DNA of 64,000 nucleotides from a virus (Duplodnaviria; Heunggongvirae; Uroviricota; Caudoviricetes): IMG/VR virus record IMGVR_UViG_3300045988_142422; one strand, 5' to 3'. Shown piece by piece: positions 55,652 to 64,000 of this stretch (position 1 is its first letter; each line of letters starts with the position of its first letter). The notes under the pieces were generated by a model. It saw only the letters and a program-made list of their open reading frames with translations, ran no database searches and was not told where the DNA came from. The position numbers and the translations under genes were made by a program.

Positions 55652-58600
55652 CTTCTCACTTGGGGAGTCGGCTCTAAAAGCAGAAAACGCGGTGAAGATT
55701 GCCAGAGAAGCTGGCTACACCGCTGTAATTTCAGCAGATAGCATGAATATTGCGAGCGTTATTCCACTACAACGTGCCGCTGGTGACGACATGGCGATTA
55801 TTTGTGGTGTGAAACTAAACATTGTTGATGATCCCACATACGAGCACCGGGCTAAACTTGCTAAAGAATCTATGAGATGTATGGAATCATTAGAGCGGGG
55901 ACGTAACTACTCGTTTACCGCTCTAATTAAAAATGAGCAAGGATATCGCGACATCTGCGAACTAATGACGGCGGCCAACACACGAGAACAGTTCTACTTT
56001 GTACCGCGTCTCTCGCTCGAACAGTTGGTTTCTACATATGCCAAAGGCAACATCATCCTGCTTACTTCCGACATCGGTAGCGTGTTCCAACGCAACGATT
56101 TTGCAAAAATCATAAGCACACTGATTACAGCGGGTGGAAAAGACAACTTCTATAGTGTGGTTTATCCGCACCCTACCCCATTCTACGACCAGATTAACGT
56201 CCGGGCGATGAAAGTCGCCAGCGCATTGAAAATAGAGCCAGTGGCGTTCTATCCCGCTTATTACGAATCGATCGACGATGCAGACATTAAAGACATTGCG
56301 CACATGGTTACGAACAACATCAAAATCGACCAGCCGCATCGTCTGCGTATCCCCCACCAGCGAGATAACGCCGTCAATGGTCGCCGCCATCTCCTTGAGG
56401 CGCTTAAAGCCTTCTCCGTTCGCATGGATGTGCCGGTAACAGCTGCAATGGCCTCAACAACGCAGGATACCATTATCGATTCCTGCACATGGCGCTGGCA
56501 TGAATTGCCACCAGCACTGCCCAAGATGGCAGACGACGAACCTGCAACGCTGATGAAACTGGCTGTTGCAGGGCTGCGTAAACGTCTTACCACAAAAGAG
56601 TTTGGATACACACCGCCTGCTTCTGAGAACAGGGTTTATGTTGAGCGGCTAAAGTACGAAATGGACACGCTGACTCGCCTGGGATTCTGTGGTTACTTCC
56701 TGATGGTGCGCGATCTGATGAATCATAGTCGTGAAACTGGCATTCCCGTTGGGCCTGGTCGTGGTTCCTCTGCCGGTTCTCTGGTGGCGTGGTGCATAGG
56801 CATAACCAACGTCGACCCAATCCGTCACGGTCTTCTGTTTGAGCGTTTCATCAACCCTGAGCGTCTCGACTTGCCGGATGCGGACTTGGACTTCAGCCAG
56901 GCACGTCGCCATGAGGTGATCGAGTATCTGAATGAACGCTACGGCGAAGATTACGTTGCGGGTATTCCGAACTTCACCTACCTGGGCGCCGCTTCTGCGC
57001 TGCGAGACACTGCGCGTATTTACGGTGTCGACGCTGCGGATATGGCGGTATCCAAAGAGTTCAAGAATCTGGAAGACGATAGCCTGTCTCTGGAAGAGCT
57101 GCGCGAGCAACTGGCCAGCCTGGACAAATACGCCACGAAAAACCCGGAAGCGTTCAAAGCGGCGTGTAAGCTGCAAAGCCTGATGCGTGGTTTTGGTCGT
57201 CACGCTGCGGGGATGATCGTCGCTGGCGTTCCACTGGTAGAGCGCACGCCCGTCGAGCTGCGTGGCAACGCTCGCTGTATTGCGTTCGATAAACGTTACT
57301 GCGAGGCGATGGGGCTGATTAAGCTGGACGTTCTCGGTCTGGCAACGCTCGATCTGCTGGATAGCGCGAAACGCTACATCAAAGAGAGTACCGGGGAAGA
57401 CATCAATCTCGATGCTATTCCACTGGACGATCGTAAGGTTCTGGATGGGTTCGCTGCAGGGTACACGCAGGGCGTATTCCAGCTGGAGTCCGGCCCCATG
57501 CGCAAGCTGCTTAAAGATTTAGGTGGTGGAATTGAGCCAATGAGCTTTAAAACGGTCGTCGCTACAACTGCGCTCTTCCGGCCGGGGCCAATTCAATCAG
57601 GAATGTTGGATGACTATGTTTCTGTCGCCAAAGGCTTTATGACGCCGGAATCATTACACCCCGTTCTTGATGAACTTACCGCGGAAACAAATGGCGTGAT
57701 TCTCTATCAGGAACAGACGATGAACGCGACTCGATTGCTTGCCGGCTTCACAATGGCTGAAGCTGACGCTGTGCGTTCCGCAATCGGTAAGAAGAACATG
57801 GAAAAAATGAAGAGCATGGGCGAGAAGTTCATCGTTCAGGCTCAAGCTGGCTGGATAGACGTTGAGCTGGAAGATGGCACTACACAGCGCATTCACCGTG
57901 CGGAACATTTTAAATGCGAAGACGGAACTCTGAAAACTGTCGAAGAGGCACTTGAGCACGGCGCAAAACTACCTATAAACGCAGTACGCGTTACAGCGTC
58001 ACATCCAGGGCTATCAGAGATGAAAGCGAAGGAGATCTGGACCGCATTTGAGAAAAACGGAGCCTATCAGTTCAATAAATCACACTCCGTTGCTTATTCT
58101 TTAATCAGTTATCAGTCTATGTGGCTAAAGACGCACTACCCTGCTGAGTTCTTCGCAGCTGCGCTCACCATTCTGGGCGAGGATAAGCATCAGGGGCTGG
58201 TGAAGGATGCGCTGACCTATGGCATTCGCGTATTGCCACCAGACGTTAATGTGTCATCTAACCGAATTGAGATCCGCACACTCGAAGACGGCAGTCAGGC
58301 ACTGTATGCGCCATTCTCTGCTGTGAAAGGCTGTTCTGAAAATGGTTGTCAGGCAATTATGCGTGCGCGTGAGAAAGTTGGTGGCAAATTCGAGTCAGTG
58401 GCACAATTCGATGAAGCGGTCGAGAAGCGTGCATGTAACAGTCGTGTACGCGAGTCGCTTCATAAAGTAGGGGCTTTTGCGTCAATTGAGCCAGGCAGTC
58501 TGCCAGCAACTGATCCTGAACGACTGCGCGACCAGGCTGAGCTGATGGGCAATCTCATCATTGACGCTGTTAAAGCATCACGTCCGTTCGAAATGAATCC

Positions 58601-59144
58601 TAAGCGTTCTGCCGAAATCAACGTACTCATGACACGTATGGCGGCTGAAATGGGCTTGGGTGAGGAGTTGATACGCCCGACTATTGGTATTAAACCCAAA
58701 ATCATGATCATTCTGGACAATGCGAACGGCAATGACGCTCGTACCGGCTACTTCATGGAGAACGGATACGACGACTTTAAGGCAAAACTACTGACAGTTG
58801 GAGATCTGCGCATGGGCGATCTTTATGTCACGGGTGTTTGTAAGAAGGTTAAGGACAAAGAGAAAGACTATACCAAAGACGAGATAGGCCAGTTCACAGA
58901 CTTTATGCGGGAAGAAATTAATCTTGTACGACCAACCTACATTTTGACGTGTGGTAGTCGTTCAACCGCACTATTTAACAATAAGAGTAAACCATCAGAT
59001 CTGATTGGTCGTAAGGAGTACTTCCCAGAGCTTGATGCAACCGTCTTCTACGGATTTAACCCGAATATCCTGTACTTCCGACCGGAAGAAGGAGAGCGAC
59101 TGGAGGCCATTCTGGCTGATATCGCGGAGACAATAAATAAGTAA
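55626..59144 (+). CDS. DNA polymerase III alpha subunit-like (DnaE-type, PHP domain) replicative polymerase
   Basis: 1172 aa; N-terminal PHP-like region; central polymerase core with conserved acidic motifs (GLIKLDVLGL). Confidence 0.8.
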   Translation: MKALMVRTDFSLGESALKAENAVKIAREAGYTAVISADSMNIASVIPLQRAAGDDMAIICGVKLNIVDDPTYEHRAKLAKESMRCMESLERGRNYSFTALIKNEQGYRDICELMTAANTREQFYFVPRLSLEQLVSTYAKGNIILLTSDIGSVFQRNDFAKIISTLITAGGKDNFYSVVYPHPTPFYDQINVRAMKVASALKIEPVAFYPAYYESIDDADIKDIAHMVTNNIKIDQPHRLRIPHQRDNAVNGRRHLLEALKAFSVRMDVPVTAAMASTTQDTIIDSCTWRWHELPPALPKMADDEPATLMKLAVAGLRKRLTTKEFGYTPPASENRVYVERLKYEMDTLTRLGFCGYFLMVRDLMNHSRETGIPVGPGRGSSAGSLVAWCIGITNVDPIRHGLLFERFINPERLDLPDADLDFSQARRHEVIEYLNERYGEDYVAGIPNFTYLGAASALRDTARIYGVDAADMAVSKEFKNLEDDSLSLEELREQLASLDKYATKNPEAFKAACKLQSLMRGFGRHAAGMIVAGVPLVERTPVELRGNARCIAFDKRYCEAMGLIKLDVLGLATLDLLDSAKRYIKESTGEDINLDAIPLDDRKVLDGFAAGYTQGVFQLESGPMRKLLKDLGGGIEPMSFKTVVATTALFRPGPIQSGMLDDYVSVAKGFMTPESLHPVLDELTAETNGVILYQEQTMNATRLLAGFTMAEADAVRSAIGKKNMEKMKSMGEKFIVQAQAGWIDVELEDGTTQRIHRAEHFKCEDGTLKTVEEALEHGAKLPINAVRVTASHPGLSEMKAKEIWTAFEKNGAYQFNKSHSVAYSLISYQSMWLKTHYPAEFFAAALTILGEDKHQGLVKDALTYGIRVLPPDVNVSSNRIEIRTLEDGSQALYAPFSAVKGCSENGCQAIMRAREKVGGKFESVAQFDEAVEKRACNSRVRESLHKVGAFASIEPGSLPATDPERLRDQAELMGNLIIDAVKASRPFEMNPKRSAEINVLMTRMAAEMGLGEELIRPTIGIKPKIMIILDNANGNDARTGYFMENGYDDFKAKLLTVGDLRMGDLYVTGVCKKVKDKEKDYTKDEIGQFTDFMREEINLVRPTYILTCGSRSTALFNNKSKPSDLIGRKEYFPELDATVFYGFNPNILYFRPEEGERLEAILADIAETINK

Positions 59145-59150
59145 TAAAGA

Positions 59151-59180
59151 AAACCCGCCTGTTGGCGGGTTTATAAAGAA
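59151..59180 (+). terminator. Hairpin after the polymerase gene (possible terminator)
   Basis: AAACCCGCC-TGTT-GGCGGGTTT; weak T-run. Confidence 0.45.
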
Positions 59181-59447
59181 TTATGGCGCTTGTTGAGGAA
59201 GTCACTCCTCTTACGCACTTTGTTTTGCCATGCCGGCAGTTAGCTTCTGCCTTTGACTATTCATGCGGCAACCCCGCATTTCGCCACAATGGGCAATTCA
59301 CTTTTATGGAATAAACTGGCCGTTGTGTCGATTTAATTAGCATGGCCTTACCATGCTAATTTATTCAACTTGTACAATCCTACAAATCTATCCACTCAGG
59401 CTTACACCGTCTTCGTTATTGTAGAAATGAGGATCATCAGCGTTGAA

Positions 59448-59663
59448 TCAGCTTAGAGCAACGACATTTGCTGCTGCTGGGCCTTTAGCCCCATTCTCGA
59501 TAGAGAATTCGACCTGCTGGCCTTCTTCCAAAGTGCGGAAATTATTACTCTGAATTGCCGAAAAATGTACAAAAACATCTTTACTGCCATCAGCAGGAGA
59601 AATAAAGCCAAAGCCTTTATCAGAGTTAAACCATTTTACTAAACCAGTCATTTTATTAGACAT
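59448..59663 (-). CDS. Cold-shock protein, CspA family
   Basis: [21 protein letters not shown]...DVFVHFSAI carries both RNP motifs of cold-shock domains. Start set at the internal Met of ORF 59448-59759. Confidence 0.85.
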   Translation of the reverse strand: MSNKMTGLVKWFNSDKGFGFISPADGSKDVFVHFSAIQSNNFRTLEEGQQVEFSIENGAKGPAAANVVALS

Positions 59664-59992
59664 AGATATTACCTTCTTAATTTTGTGAGCCACATAGTGC
59701 GGCGAGAATTTGATCTGTATAGATTGGGACTTACTTAGGCACTTAAGGAGGAGACTCACGAAGAAGGGAAATCAGAAGATAACACTGAACTGAGACTGCT
59801 TTACTAAAACTGCTTACATAAGGTCTGTCTTGCAAACCAACGATGCTATTAACGCATACCCCTTCTTTTCATGCAACCTTTATTTTTCAAAGATAACTAA
59901 TTTTTGTCACCATTGGTTTAGTAAACGTTAACGAACCAGACGATGCCAGACACCTTTACAGAGAACAGATGCCCGCCAATTGGCGGGCATCA

Positions 59993-60556
59993 TTATGCGC
60001 ATTTCGCAATATCTTTGCGGCGTTTAATCAGTTTCTCCGCAATTTGCTCTATTTCGTTGAAATCTTTCGAGACGCTGTTTCGAAGCGCCAGATTCCATTT
60101 ACTCAAAGTTCGGGCATTTTGGACAATTTGATCGCCCTCTTTAAGTCGTCCGTTATTCATGAGCCATTCAGCCACATCAGCCCAATCCCAGAGAGGAGAC
60201 TGGCCTTTTATGCGTTGTACAGGGCAAGGGAAGTCGCCGCTTCCGCGCTTACCGTCTTTGAGCAACGCCACTGCCTGGCGAGACAGGTCTGTCAGTTCCG
60301 CGATATCGCTTAAGCCCACAAGAGCCGAGTCGACGGATTCAACAATTGCACCGATACCGGCTGATTCAATATTGTCGACCGCAGATGCGATAGCTGCATC
60401 AAGTGATTGTGCTTCGCGGTCAAATTCTACATAGACGGAGTTTCCATATGCGCAAATTAGCGCATCGTCACAGCCGTTTTGGTACAGCGCGTCTTCCAGT
60501 CCTTCCGTCTCATACGATACGCCTGAGAGCGTCAGAGTGAAGTTATAAAGCGCCAT
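59993..60556 (-). CDS. Putative DNA-binding partner/antitoxin with C-terminal excisionase/AlpA-like motif
   Basis: AAGGA RBS before ATG 60556; C-terminal SPLWDWADVAEWL resembles AlpA/Xis-type HTH; sits directly downstream of the HicA-like gene. Tentative. Confidence 0.35.
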   Translation of the reverse strand: MALYNFTLTLSGVSYETEGLEDALYQNGCDDALICAYGNSVYVEFDREAQSLDAAIASAVDNIESAGIGAIVESVDSALVGLSDIAELTDLSRQAVALLKDGKRGSGDFPCPVQRIKGQSPLWDWADVAEWLMNNGRLKEGDQIVQNARTLSKWNLALRNSVSKDFNEIEQIAEKLIKRRKDIAKCA

Positions 60557-60616
60557 AGTTTTCCTTTGAAGATAGTTGGACAGTTTCTGCAAAAGGCGGC
60601 TAATGCCGCCTTGAAA

Positions 60617-60841
60617 TCATTTACAACGATCAACCATTCGTTTGATCTGTTTGGCATGGTTTTCGGGATTACCCGGAGTCGACCATACGCTCATTTGGTG
60701 AGTTTTGTGTTCACCTTCTGGATTACCGCATCGCAGTCTGCAAAAACAATGTGCAGCACCACCAGCTGCTACCCAGATCCAGCCTTTACTTAATGCATAG
60801 TCAATGGCTGCTTGAATATGCTTATTCGGATGTTGCTTCAT
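60617..60841 (-). CDS. Small HicA-like putative toxin (74 aa)
   Basis: GGAGG RBS; KGW...GGAAH...PGNPENHAKQIKRMV loosely fits the HicA/YcfA pattern (Gly-aromatic, G-x-x-H, P-x-H ... K-x-I-K). Tentative. Confidence 0.35.
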   Translation of the reverse strand: MKQHPNKHIQAAIDYALSKGWIWVAAGGAAHCFCRLRCGNPEGEHKTHQMSVWSTPGNPENHAKQIKRMVDRCK

Positions 60842-61095
60842 TCGCCTCCGATAATAGTATTCTATTCACAGTGTTGACATCTGTCAACGGCGACTGAATT
60901 TCATCCGTTCATGCCACCCCCCCATCCATCTCATGTATGTGACCTAAAGATGGTCAGCACAGCTTACCAAAATAAGACAACTAATTATCTTCGGTGATCT
61001 CAATATTTTCCCCTGAACAAAGTTGACATGACGCCATAAACCCGTTCTCTGTTTGATATAATTGATACAGATTTTATAAGTAGGAACCTATTAGA

Positions 61096-61527
61096 GTGAA
61101 CACTGATATTTTTTCTAAAATCATGGCCGATCTGGAGTTCGACCGCGACAACCTTGAGGAAGTATGGCGTAAACAGCCACGGCTTTTAATGGAGTATGGG
61201 TCAAAACTAGCGCAGGCAGATCGAGATGTCGCAGAGGCAAAACTTAACCTTGAAGCTGTTGAAGCAAAGCTATACGACACAGAGCGTAAGAACTTGAGTA
61301 TGAACGGCATTAAGTTCAACGAGTCTGTACTGGACGCTAAGGTTAAAACAAACCCACAGTATCTGTCTAAACGGCAGAAGTTGGATGAAGCACGGCACAT
61401 CGCAGACATATACAAACATGCTGTCGCCGCCTTTTCGCATCGCCGAGACATGATCGTTCAGGCGTCAAAGATGGCCATCGTTGAATTAGAGCGATTAGGC
61501 TCTGAACGCTTTATTACTCCCCGTTGA
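61096..61527 (+). CDS. Hypothetical protein (143 aa)
   Basis: ORF upstream of the SSB gene. Confidence 0.45.
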   Translation: MNTDIFSKIMADLEFDRDNLEEVWRKQPRLLMEYGSKLAQADRDVAEAKLNLEAVEAKLYDTERKNLSMNGIKFNESVLDAKVKTNPQYLSKRQKLDEARHIADIYKHAVAAFSHRRDMIVQASKMAIVELERLGSERFITPR

Positions 61528-61644
61528 TTTTTGATAGATAATAAGTAAGTACTGATCTATCATTTAACAGCTCGAAAGAGCCACGAATGAACGAAAGCCC
61601 AACGCGCATAGCGCCATCGGCCAAATCACAACAAGGAGAAACAC

Positions 61645-62673
61645 ATGTCTAAGACATTACTTGATTTGCTTAACAAAACTCGTGAAGACATTGCCGCCAA
61701 ACGTGGCAACAACGTTGATCTGACTCGCTTAAAAGACGGCGTCAACTATATCCGCATCTTCCCGAATAAAGACGACCCAAACGGTAAGTTCTTCCAGACT
61801 TTCGGTATGCACTACGTTAAGTATCAGAACGAGGAAGGTAAAGAAGCAACCAACGCTTATATTTGTGAGCAACATACTCACGGTCGCGCTTGTCAGCTAT
61901 GCGAAATGGTTATGGAAGGTCGCGCTCGTCACAAGGGTAACAAAGCAATGGAAGAACGCATCGGTCAAATGCGTGCCACTCCTCGCTACCTGGTCAACGG
62001 CATTCTTTCTGCTCGTGAGGATTTCGCAGATGCTGAGAAATGCCAGTTAATCGAGCTGCCGTCTACTGTATTCGATGATATCTGCAAAGCAATCACCGAA
62101 GACATCGCTGATGATATCGGCAATCCACTGAGCAAAGAGGAAGGCTACGCATTCCTGATTAAACGTACTGGCTCTGGTCGCGATACCAAATATGACGTCT
62201 CGCCTAAGCGTAAAGTCTACAAAGGCGATATCGAAGATAAATTCTGGAACACCCAGCATGATCTGATCGCATACGCAAATCAGGCTGATGAAACTCGTCT
62301 TCTGTCGACAGTTCGCACTATGGGTCGTCTGATTGGCATCGCTGCACCAACTGCCGCAGCATCTGCACCAGCAATTTCCTCAACCGCGAAAACATCGGCT
62401 GCGGCACTACCTGGATTTGGCTCTGTCACTGGTCATACGGAGGGTGCGACTGCTGTAGCAACCGCTCACACCCCAGCTTCTGAACCAACCAGTCTGGTTG
62501 ATGAAGAAATCCTCCGTGCCGTTGAAACTGAATTTAAACCAGAAGCAAGTTCCGCTGCCGTTGCCGTATCAGTCAAAGAGTCTGAAGCAGTCGCAGCGAC
62601 ATCTGTAGCAGCCGCATCTGCGACGGAAGATGAAGGTCTGGATGACCTACTGAGAGAGCTGGACTCTCTGTAA
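61645..62673 (+). CDS. Single-stranded DNA-binding protein (T4 gp32-like, putative)
   Basis: CEQHTHGRACQLC zinc-binding-like motif plus an acidic C-terminal tail (EDEGLDDLLRELDSL). Confidence 0.55.
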   Translation: MSKTLLDLLNKTREDIAAKRGNNVDLTRLKDGVNYIRIFPNKDDPNGKFFQTFGMHYVKYQNEEGKEATNAYICEQHTHGRACQLCEMVMEGRARHKGNKAMEERIGQMRATPRYLVNGILSAREDFADAEKCQLIELPSTVFDDICKAITEDIADDIGNPLSKEEGYAFLIKRTGSGRDTKYDVSPKRKVYKGDIEDKFWNTQHDLIAYANQADETRLLSTVRTMGRLIGIAAPTAAASAPAISSTAKTSAAALPGFGSVTGHTEGATAVATAHTPASEPTSLVDEEILRAVETEFKPEASSAAVAVSVKESEAVAATSVAAASATEDEGLDDLLRELDSL

Positions 62674-62733
62674 TCCCATTACGTGACCAGTAAGGCGTCT
62701 ACGGACGCCTTACTTTTTGGAAGGAATGTACCG

Positions 62734-63678
62734 GTGAATTATCTCTTCGTAGATGGCAATAGCCTGGGTTATTACCACCAACAATCTGACAAATTGCACA
62801 ACGGCGAAATGGAAGTACAGGCTGCTTTCGGCTTTGTTAAGAACGTCCGTCGTTATGCCTCCATCCTCCATGCCCGACCTATGATTCTTTGGGATGGATT
62901 TAGTGACAAGCGTCGCGACTTTTACCCGGACTACAAAGCAAATCGCGACGACGATCCTGATATGAAAAAGATGAAGGAAGGCTTTGCTATCCAGAAGCCA
63001 TACATCCTCAAAATGATGACCGCGCTTGGAGTTACCCAACTCATTGCAAAAGATGCAGAAGCGGATGATCTGGCCGGGCTGCTGGTATCCCGCATGGCAC
63101 CGCAGCCAACCGTTGAACACATCTATCTGTTAACAGGCGATAGCGACTGGCTTCAGTTAGTTCGTGAAAACGTAAGCTGGGTAAGCCTGCGTGAAGACGC
63201 CAAAAACAAGCAGGTTAATTTTGAGCAATTTGCGGAGCTGACAGGATTCGCCACGCCTCGCGCATTTTTGGAAGCAAAAGCATTACAAGGCGATAACTCG
63301 GACAACATTAGCGGTGTTGGTGGCATTGGTGCTGGCGGTGCGAAAGAGCTGCTGCATGAATGGGGAAGTGTCGCAACGATGGTACGCGGCATCAACGACG
63401 GCTCAATCGTGGTTAATAAAGGGCGTCATAAGACCGCCTTCAACAAACTAGCGAAGAATGCCTTCAACGAGAAAACAGGCTGTCGAATGCTCGAAGCGTT
63501 CAAGAGAAACATCACGCTAATGAACCTGATTGAGACGAAGTTTCCGCCTACCGAAATCGAAACAATCAAAGGCAATCGTGACGTGAAAGCATTCGAGCAA
63601 CTGTGCTACGAGCTGAATTTCCGTTCGTTCCTTGAAGACCTTGAAGTGTTTGTTCTTCCATTCGAAAGGTATTGCTAA
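62734..63678 (+). CDS. 5'-3' exonuclease / flap endonuclease (RNase H-like)
   Basis: LFVDGNSLGYY and LTGDSDWLQL motifs of the FEN/T4 RNase H family; GGAAGGA before GTG 62734. Track lists 62683. Confidence 0.7.
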   Translation: MNYLFVDGNSLGYYHQQSDKLHNGEMEVQAAFGFVKNVRRYASILHARPMILWDGFSDKRRDFYPDYKANRDDDPDMKKMKEGFAIQKPYILKMMTALGVTQLIAKDAEADDLAGLLVSRMAPQPTVEHIYLLTGDSDWLQLVRENVSWVSLREDAKNKQVNFEQFAELTGFATPRAFLEAKALQGDNSDNISGVGGIGAGGAKELLHEWGSVATMVRGINDGSIVVNKGRHKTAFNKLAKNAFNEKTGCRMLEAFKRNITLMNLIETKFPPTEIETIKGNRDVKAFEQLCYELNFRSFLEDLEVFVLPFERYC

Positions 63679-63944
63679 TGCTTAAATCGATTATCAATGG
63701 CGCTACAACCACCCCTGCCCAACTGGCAAAAGAGATTGTCTTTTATCACGGTGAGTACGCTGTCATCGCACTGCCGTCAATTCTAGGCGCTGCCGGAATG
63801 AAAGCGACAGATCGCGAGTTTGGATTAGTCAGCGAGCAGGTCGTAAAAATCCTCGCTCGTGTATCCAGACTCCTTAACCACGATGCGATTGTATTCGATG
63901 AATCCGCCGCTTTAAAACGAATCAACGAAACAAAAGGAGCCTGA
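63672..63944 (+). CDS. Hypothetical protein (90 aa)
   Basis: ORF overlapping the exonuclease stop. Confidence 0.4.
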   Translation: MLMLKSIINGATTTPAQLAKEIVFYHGEYAVIALPSILGAAGMKATDREFGLVSEQVVKILARVSRLLNHDAIVFDESAALKRINETKGA

Positions 63945-63946
63945 TC

Positions 63947-64000
63947 ATGGCAAAAGGAAAATCCGCACTGGCACTTGCTCTGAAAAAGAAAATCGGTAGC
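63947..64000 (+). CDS. Hypothetical protein, 5' end only (runs off the window)
   Basis: AAAAGGAG RBS then ATG 63947 (MAKGKSALALALKKKIGS...). Confidence 0.3.
   Translation, partial: MAKGKSALALALKKKIGS

Overview
This 64 kb window reads as one contiguous block of a tailed-phage genome with plasmid-type maintenance genes, most likely a temperate siphovirus-like phage-plasmid of an enterobacterial host. The gene content resembles what I recall of SSU5/pHCM2-type elements, but that is from memory, not a search. Layout: minus-strand accessory genes and an SF2 helicase (1-4275); a translationally coupled operon of two ParB/Srx-like proteins, a minimal ABC-type ATPase and a GNAT-like protein (4358-7531); a complete lambda-like morphogenesis block from terminase to tail fiber (7727-35334); a lysis cassette with overlapping Rz/Rz1-type spanins (35409-36827); a GNAT/DUF1778 toxin-antitoxin pair and a ParA partition system (36860-39004); a lipoprotein moron (39043-39720); an own replisome (DnaB-like helicase, primase, ATP-dependent ligase, Pol III alpha, gp32-like SSB, flap endonuclease); three tRNAs in highly structured non-coding DNA (47001-48420); a strongly AT-rich HEPN-motif gene (48421-49329); a glutaredoxin; a tyrosine recombinase with a lox-like site; an XRE repressor; a CobT/CobS-like VWA plus AAA+ pair; and a CspA-family gene. 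The best candidates for something undescribed are the AT-rich HEPN-motif gene, the ParB-ParB-ATPase-GNAT operon upstream of the terminase, and two families of intergenic palindromes that recur at gene boundaries. All calls rest on reading the supplied translations and the DNA by eye; no database search or RNA-folding computation was run.
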